From the human T2T-CHM13v2.0 reference genome, Homo sapiens, in assembly GCF_009914755.1 (NCBI RefSeq), contig NC_060947.1: DNA of 64,000 bases; one strand, written 5' to 3'. The notes below the pieces were generated by a model that saw nothing but the letters and a program-made list of their open reading frames with translations, did not search any database and was not told where the DNA came from. Position numbers and translations under genes: made by a program. Positions 62,461 to 64,000 of this stretch are shown here, in pieces (position 1 is the stretch's first letter; the number at the start of each line of letters is the position of its first letter).

Positions 62461-63842
62461 AGTTCTTTTCTACAAAAGAAGGTAATTACCTTATCCAGAG
62501 TATAGTGCTTAGCAGGATTGCTGAGATAGGCATTCCTACTCCAAAGCATTTACTCTTACTACAAATTTCAAATACCATTTGTTAACTGTAAAACCTTTGG
62601 CAAGTTGGCCCCAGGTAAGGTTTACAATTGATTGACCATGAGTGAAGGTAGAAGATTTGTACAAGCACCTAACTACTCAATACATGTAGATACACAATAA
62701 AAACAAACAAGCAAATGTTAGGGAAAGTAAAGGAATACCACATGGCGATTAGTACTATAAGTGAAACACTTTCATCCAACAGAACATTTAAGTTTTCCAG
62801 TGACGCCATGAAGTCAAATGATCCCATAATACTGTTGGGCTAAATAATAATCTAATAGAGGAGTAGCAGATGTAAGACTGCAAAAATGAGTCACTAAAGA
62901 AACTCAAAACTAGATAAAGGTACCACCCTACATTCAACCACCGGTGGTGAAAAACCATAGCAGAACCGCATCTACAATACATAGGGCATGCTGACCTAAC
63001 TAGATATTTTTCAGTGAAAGATTTGAAAGTACAATAATATCTAATTACCAGTATAAAGCAGTGGAAAATAAATTTTCTTGCAGGCAGATAAACCCCAAAG
63101 CCTACCAAAATATAGTCTTCTTGGTGACTATGGTGTAAATTAATACTATTTAATAAAGGACAGCAAGATAGAAGCAATGACTGCACACCACGATAAAATT
63201 CTGGAATACGTTTCTTGTTAAAGTAGTTAAGTCAATCTTTGCAGTATGACAAATCATGGGCTGTGCTTTCATAATATGGCAAGTTAAAGTACCTCAGGAA
63301 CCATTCAACCTATGGTTAGCAACTCTTAATAACTAACATTTTACCAACAGAAAAAATTCCAGACAGCCAATTGGAGTGGCAATGGGTTAAGTGGTTAATA
63401 CTATTGGAATGCACCCTTTCTAAATAGCAACGTTGAATTAAAGGTAAACAATGAAGTTACACGTGTAAAGCACTATAACGTGCTGAACCACCAGGTGACA
63501 ACACTAAAGCACACTACCTAAACAAATTTTGCCATGAAAAAAAATTATTTTTGAAACCAGAAGTGAGATGAGAATGAAAATACTGTGAAGTATATAATAG
63601 GGGCTGCTAGAGAACACCAGCAAAACTAAACCATCACTCATTACTGCATCATATTTATGGACCCTAGATGACTGTTTAAAAAAAAAAAAAAACCTGGGAA
63701 GACAGAGGACAACTATAGGAAAAGCACATTGATACATACCATGTTTTTTATTACACAACAGGACTTACCACAGGGCATGTGCTTACTGGGGTACATTTAA
63801 CAAAAGTCAACTGAACTTACTGCAACAAAACTACAACATGTA

Positions 63843-64000
63843 GGCCAGGTGTGGTAATTCCAGCACTTTGGGAGGCCAAGGTGGGAGGACCACTTGAGCC
63901 CATGACTTTGATACCACCCTGGGTCACATACCGAGATGCTGTCTCAGATAAAATAATAAGATAAAATAAAATAGTTGGGCTGGTAGTGCACACCTGTAGT
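63843..64000 (+). mobile_element. Alu, cut by the window end
   Basis: GGCCAGGTGTGG..CAGCACTTTGGGAGGCCAAGG. Confidence 0.85.

Noticed and set aside
62788-63186. 132-aa minus-strand ORF in unique sequence
   Set aside because: Non-ATG start, no recognisable homology, and a composition typical of translated AT-rich non-coding DNA.

Overview
Primate (apparently human) repeat-rich genomic DNA with no spliced protein-coding gene. Exact matches to the miR-421 and miR-374b/miR-374c hairpins (49.9-50.1 kb), together with ATP5MK (USMG5), BMP2K and RAB11FIP1 gene copies, place it by recall inside the minus-strand FTX lncRNA in the X-inactivation-centre region (Xq13.2). Most of the window is nested L1s, about 25 Alus, MaLR LTRs, L2/MIR relics, a full-length Hsmar2 mariner and a Tigger3-like element. 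The most notable observations: (1) a HERV-K(HML-6)-type provirus containing a second gag/RT/RNase H module (HML-5-like) whose Trp codons have become stops, an APOBEC3-like pattern; (2) this provirus plus its flank appears to have been moved as a block into an older L1; (3) the BMP2K-like copy keeps a 411-codon ORF with a start codon taken from the flank, in frame with an ERV-L protease relic; (4) an intact ATP5MK retro-ORF; (5) two miRNA hairpins built from L2 relics, one readable from both strands. I see no prokaryote-type system and no CRISPR array. Family names and reference proteins are recalled, not searched, and repeat boundaries are approximate to tens of bp.
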